Both the position numbers and the translations under genes were made by a program. Shown here in pieces: positions 22,237-27,901 of a stretch of 27,901 nucleotides of DNA. The stretch spans positions 1-27,901 of the forward strand of contig NW_021833310.1 in NCBI RefSeq assembly GCF_006345805.1, given 5' to 3'. This stretch comes from Octopus sinensis (lineage: Eukaryota). The stretch's first letter is position 1. Every line of letters begins with the position of its first letter. The notes beneath the pieces are model-generated. The model saw only the letters and a program-made list of their open reading frames with translations. It had not been told where the DNA came from and searched no databases.

Positions 22237-23045
22237 GTGAAGATTTCGAGCAAAGCCCAAAATGTAGTCAGCAATCTAATGAGAAAAAGACTCCGAAAAC
22301 CACTTGCCTGAGAAAAAACCATCACACTAGAGAATAAGTCTGTCATAAATTTATCTAAACTAAAACTTTCGCCAGATGATGTCTCAGTCTTAGAGCTTGG
22401 ACTGAGTTTTTTTGCAAGCACTAAGAATTTCCGCAAGAATAAACTAGCTCAAGGGTTATTTCAGTTTGTCCGGCGTCACAAGCTGAAAGAATATTTTTTT
22501 GAAAAAACTAGTAACAAGGAGTCAGAAAATCATATGTTTACTAAAAATAAAAAATGATGATTATCGAATCTGGCATAATTGGATTGAAAAGAATCCCAAT
22601 TGGTATCCAGATAAAGTTCGGGATGGACGTTCACAAGCACTACTAGAATTCCGTGAATCTTGCCAGGCAAGCATTAGAGAAAGCTTAAGACAAGTGGAAG
22701 AAGTCCTGGAATAACCTCAAAATTTCCACGTTATGCACTCCGACGTCCAGCTAATAACGATTCTATTGTTATTAACATGGCGGATAAGGGAAGCGCTATC
22801 GTCTTCATGACGAAATTCGGGACACAGTTACTGAAGATATTCAAATTCCTTCTTAGTCATGTACCAATATTCTGGTTACGGTTCAGTGACGACGTATTTT
22901 TTTTCTGGGAAGGATCACAGGATAGTTTAATAGACTTCTTGCATTTCTGTGACTGTTAAGCCCAACATAAAATTTACGTCTAGTTTTTCAAAGACTAGCG
23001 TTGAATTTTTGGACACAGAAGTTAAGTTTTCTGGAGGTAGAATAG
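22237..23045 (+). mobile_element. Right-arm copy of the Penelope-like RT, with a 657-bp internal deletion
   Basis: Mirror of 9000-10460. The junction at 22801-22802 fuses MADKGSAIV to FMTKFGTQ. Confidence 0.85.
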
Positions 23046-23455
23046 TGACGCTTATTTTGCAAAGCCATGTCAATCCACATTTATCTCCATCATCGCTTCG
23101 ATCATCCACATCATCTTATTCGGTCAAATCCGAAATCCTAATTTGTGAGGAAAAAATGAATTTGTACTGACATAGGGGACTACTGGAAACATGTAAATGC
23201 TTTTGTATGTCATTATGTCAAACGCGGTTACAGTGAATCACGATTAAAGGAAATAGCAAATGAAATAGCTAAGATTAGCAAAGATAGTAAATCTACAAGC
23301 ATGATTTTAGCAAACACAATACAATGGATGACAGAATTCCTTTAGTGATTAGCTGGCACCGACATTTCGCTGACATTTCAAAAGTGTTGCATGAAACACC
23401 ACCTTTTCTATTACTATCACCACCATCAACAACAACCAAAATAACAAATACTTAC

Positions 23456-23682
23456 CCTCTATAATGAGGTGATTTGGCTGTTTCTAATGGTTCACTAAAT
23501 ATATACCACAGATCCTCGCGGTGTGTCCAGCCCAAAGTACAGAAATTATTCTGTAAGTAACATTTCTTTTGTGTTTTCATCAGTATTATGCCAATAAACG
23601 GACAAACGATAGACGAACGTTTGTAGAGATTTATTAACTTTTTCACGAAACATCTTGTGATACTATAGTACCAGTTCTTACC
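23456..23682 (-). CDS. STC: Stanniocalcin-like gene, paralog R, internal coding exon
   Basis: ttcacAG| ... GG|GTAAGT, 227 nt: GKNWYYSITRCFVKKLINLYKRSSIVCPFIGIILMKTQKKCYLQNNFCTLGWTHREDLWYIFSEPLETAKSPHYR. All Cys and Trp are shared with the left copy and there are no indels. Confidence 0.8.
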
Positions 23683-23909
23683 CTGTGAATATTAGACAGT
23701 GGTTAGTTAAAGCAAAAATTGACGTTTTAGGGATTATTTATTTATTTATTTGTGGGGAGTGACTAGTAACTCTATCTACTTTTAACATAAGAGCAGTAAT
23801 TTTGAGAGGAATGGAGGCCAAGTAGATAACAAAGACCCCAGTACTTTGTCTCTCTAATCTGGCGGAGTAAGGAATAGATAAGTTAGTAATGGCGCGTAGA
23901 AGAAGGAAG

Positions 23910-24239
23910 GGTAAAAAGACCCCTTCGGTCATGAATGACCATGGGACTGCACTTGGAAAGTTGCCCTCCGAAGCACAAGACTGGTCAGGGTTGTTTATAG
24001 AAGATCAGCAGTCAGCTATGCATACCTGCCTCCCATCTCCAAGCAACCGATGTTATGCAAAGTAAAAGCCGATACAGCTTGGCACCACTGAGGTCGCAAC
24101 TCATTTCTACAGCTGAGTGAACTGGAGCAATGTGAAATAAAGAGTCTTGCGCAAGAACACAACGCACGGTACGCTCCAGGATTCGAACTCACTACCCCAT
24201 GCTTGTGAGCCCCACGCTTAACCCACCGTGCTATGCGCT
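23910..24239 (-). mobile_element. tRNA-derived SINE (mirror of 7800-8130)
   Basis: Reverse complement, roughly 97% identical by eye. Confidence 0.75.
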
Positions 24240-24599
24240 TCACATACGATAACGTATAGATGTTAAAAGTAGTGAAGGGATAAAGAAAAAAGAGCAACAC
24301 GGTAGTGCATAATGGCTGAAAATAAAAACGTAGAATCTAAGGGTGTAAATGGCTGTGGTAGTAGTAAAAACGTTATAAATCTAAGAAACGAGAAAAAGTC
24401 GGTGCGGGTAGCAGTTGAAAGTACCCTAACAAAGAGTGATGCGTTCTTTGAAAGTACAATGGACCTTGTCCACTGACTTATTTCCGTACTGATAATTTTT
24501 TGTCTTGTTATAAAAATTAATTTGATATGGAATATTAGAAATGGATGTAGAATTACGTATGTAATTGAATTAAAAAAACTTAAAAATAATAATCGTTCT

Positions 24600-24800
24600 A
24601 TTACAGCGCAAGCCTGAAATATTGGGGGGAGAAAACCTAGTCGATTACATCGACGCCAATGATCAGCTGGAATTTATTTTTATCCACTCTGAATGGATGA
24701 AGTGCAAAGTCGACCTCGGCGGAATTTGAGCTCAGAATGCAAAGACGGACGAAATGCCGCTAAGCATTTTTCCCAGAGTATTAACGATTGGCCTGCTCGC
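24600..24800 (-). mobile_element. SINE-like fragment (mirror of 7235-7460)
   Basis: Reverse complement match. Confidence 0.65.
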
Positions 24801-24810
24801 CTGCCTTACA

Positions 24811-24848
<38 letters not shown>

Positions 24849-24935
24849 ATAATAAATAATAATAATAATAATAATAATAACAACAATAATAATAATAATA
24901 ATAATAACAACAACAACAATAATAATAATAATAGC

Positions 24936-25002
<67 letters not shown>

Positions 25003-25019
25003 ATAATATTATTAATGTA

Positions 25020-25956
25020 GATGCCTTATACAGCTGGAAAACTACTATAAAATAACCACCATAGGACTGCAAAAATATCTTCAGAAGGAAGGAAAACTGA
25101 TACAAATAGCAGCAAAACACGAGCAAAACAATAAACTGTTCTCAGTATTTAAGGAAGCTGACAAATACAAACAAGAAATCATACCACCTAATAAATATGA
25201 AGAAGAAGAAGAAGATGAAGAAACAACAAAAACTATAAAACAAATGAAATCCAAACTAAAAATAGAACAGCAACGAACCATGATAAAACGATGGCAAGAA
25301 AAGCCCCTTTATGGTAAATACAGGACTAAACTAAACGCAAAAGAAATAGACAAAGAAAAATCCCAGCAATGGTTGAGAAGCTCAGGACTCAAAGCAGAGA
25401 CAGAGGGATTTTTAATTGCAGCACAAGACCAAAGCCTCCCCACCAGAAATTACCAAAAACATGTAATGAAAAGAAATATAACAAGTAACTGCAGAATATG
25501 TGGAGATGGACAAGAAACAATAAATCATATTATCTCTGGCTGCCCAGTCCTGGCTAAGAAGGAATATATTCACAGACATGACAGAGCTGGAACCTACATA
25601 CACTGGAAGCTATGCCAACATTGTGGAATAACAACAGAAAAAAAGATGGTATAGGCACACACCAGAAAAGGTCACAGAAAACGAGAAAGCAACCATTCTC
25701 TGGGATATGCCGATACACACAGATGGAGAAATTAAGGCTAACAGACCAGATATAGTTGTCAGAGATCATGAAGAAAAAAAATGCTTTCTAATTGATGTAT
25801 CAATACCGGCAGATGACAACGTGTCTCTAAAAGAAATGGAGAAACTTTCAAAATACAAAGACCTGGAAATAGAGGTAACCAGAATGTGGAATCTAAAAAC
25901 AGAAACAATTCCTATCATAGTAGGTGCATTAGGCACGATAAAAAATAAAACTACTA

Positions 25957-25960
<4 letters not shown>
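25020..25960 (+). mobile_element. R4/Dong family B (mirror of 6001-7085), with a ~158-bp deletion near the 3' end
   Basis: CRICGDGQETINH and NRPDIVVRD...LIDVSIP motifs. Confidence 0.85.
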
Positions 25961-26035
<75 letters not shown>

Positions 26036-26038
<3 letters not shown>

Positions 26039-26155
26039 CATGTGATGCATGTGCCTGTTGTACCCTTATCAGACGGGTAGTCATGATGGGTATACTGGGC
26101 TTCGTAATTTTACCCTACCCAGTGTCACTTGATGGCATGCACTGCTCGCTCACTC
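26036..26155 (+). mobile_element. 5'-truncated extra copy of the 530-bp retroposon, right arm only
   Basis: Matches only the terminal ~120 bp, sits between (AAT)n runs and is absent from the left arm. Confidence 0.7.
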
Positions 26156-26186
<31 letters not shown>

Positions 26187-26225
26187 TTAGTAGTAGTAGT
26201 AATAATAATAATAATAATAATAATA

Positions 26226-26269
<44 letters not shown>

Positions 26270-26272
<3 letters not shown>

Positions 26273-26845
26273 GCCCTGATGCAGTACCACTACCCAGATG
26301 CAGTACCAGGCAGTGGCTCTCATGGCTTCTGATCTTAACTGATTGGAAGTGTTATCATGTACATTGTTGTGTCTTGGTATAAAAGATGGGCTACAGCAAA
26401 TATTCTGCTCAGTACCACAGATTTGCTTGTCAGTTGTTTGACTTTAACCAGTTGAGCATGTCCCTTAGTGGCTGACGATATGTGCATCTATGATCACGAG
26501 CAGAAGTAGTGGGGGAGCATCATAGCCATGTGTTGAGAGGGATTCTTTGGGGTTTGAATAATTCACCTCTGGAAACATGGGTGGTTCTTTCAACATCCTT
26601 AAACAACCCTTATTCAGGGACCTTTTGAGCGGGATGGGCTATTCAACCAGAAAAAAATTCTAACTGGGCCCCACCTGCAAGGTCATGTCCTGTTTATCTT
26701 TTTATGAGATCACCATGTCGCGCACATATGGTTGTGATGCATGTGCCTGGTGTACCCTTATCAGACGGGTAGTCATGATGGGTATATTGGGCTTCGTATA
26801 TTTTACCCCAGTGTCACTTTGATGGCATGAACTGCTCTCTCACTC
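26270..26845 (+). mobile_element. 530-bp retroposon (mirror of 5353-5885)
   Basis: Reverse complement match, with a short 5' extension containing a duplicated gatgcagtacca. Confidence 0.75.
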
Positions 26846-26864
26846 AATAATAATAATAATAATA

Positions 26865-26914
<50 letters not shown>

Positions 26915-27901
26915 TATAAGTTGATAGCCTACCACATAGATGGATTAAGAAATGCCTGGAAATGTATAATATAGCACCTACTCTGCGAAACTTTTTGATT
27001 GTAAGTATGAGATCATGGAGAACCACACTAAATTTGAACAGTGACAATGAATCTCTAAATGCTGGTGATGTAAAAATTTCATGTGGCATTTTCCAGAGTG
27101 ACTCACTATCACCACTCCTCTTTTGTTTAGCCTTAATATTTCTCTCAAAACTGCTCAATGACTCTCAGTACGGATATAAAATGTTTGATAAAAATATAAA
27201 TCATCTCATTTACATGGATGATTTAAAGCTCTTTGCAAAAAATGACCAACAACTCAAGGGCTTACTAGCGATTGTCAAACAATTCAGTGACGACATCAGA
27301 ATGCAATTTGGCCTCGATAAATGTGCAAAAGCTACCTTTATCAAAGGAAAAATGACAGAAACATCTAACGTTAACCTTGACCAGCTGAATGTCATAAAAG
27401 AATTAGACCCAGCAGAGAGCTACTAGTACCTAGGGGTAATTGAAGAGGACGGAATAAGGCATTCAGAGATGAAGGAAAGGATCAGGAGAGAATGTTATCG
27501 CAGAGTAAGAGCAACACTCAAGACAGAGGTGAATGCGTGAAACAGGATCGAAGCAATCAATGCATTAGCCATACCAGTCGTGACTTACAGTTTCAATATC
27601 GTTAACTGGTCAATTACTGAAATATGTCAGCTTGACAGAAAAATACGAAAACTGTTGACAATGAATAGAATGCACCACCCTAAGGCAGATACAGAACGAC
27701 TTTATATGCCAAGAAAAGAGGGAGGCCGTGGTCTTTTACAACAGGCAATAACAATGAAGATTGCTACAACTGGCCTAGACACCTACCTGAAAAAGTCTGA
27801 GGACTGGATGTTAAACTTGTCTCAAACATGAAAACAAGAAAGCATCATACTCAGTAACAAACACAGGCAAAGGAATATCTAAGTGAATTCCGAATACAAC
27901 A
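26915..27901 (+). mobile_element. R4/Dong family A (mirror of 4226-5208), runs off the window
   Basis: IFQSDSLSPLLFCLAL and YMDDLKLF RT motifs. Confidence 0.85.

Overview
AT-rich, microsatellite- and transposon-dense eukaryotic DNA. The SINE families look like those of octopus or another cephalopod (inference from recognition, not a database search). Most of the window is one large inverted duplication: left arm at least 4226-12549, right arm 17672-27901 and running off the window end, around a ~5.1 kb spacer that is largely transposon-derived. Each arm carries two spliced exons, largely missed by the ORF track, of a stanniocalcin-like gene, so the two paralogs lie tail-to-tail. The exons differ almost only at non-synonymous sites (35/110 aa, 48/333 nt, only 2 purely synonymous codon changes), while the adjacent introns are ~98-99% identical. 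Two unrelated type I hammerhead-ribozyme elements sit in (TA)n tracts. One is a 475-bp-period retrozyme-like unit (13892-14477). The other is a 1.63-kb element (18024-19658), present only in the right arm, with three hammerheads and an intact orphan 238-246 aa ORF between two same-sense ribozymes. The rest is decayed Tx1/L1, R4/Dong, Penelope-like and Tc1 elements, SINEs and simple repeats. All coordinates, alignments and difference counts were made by eye.
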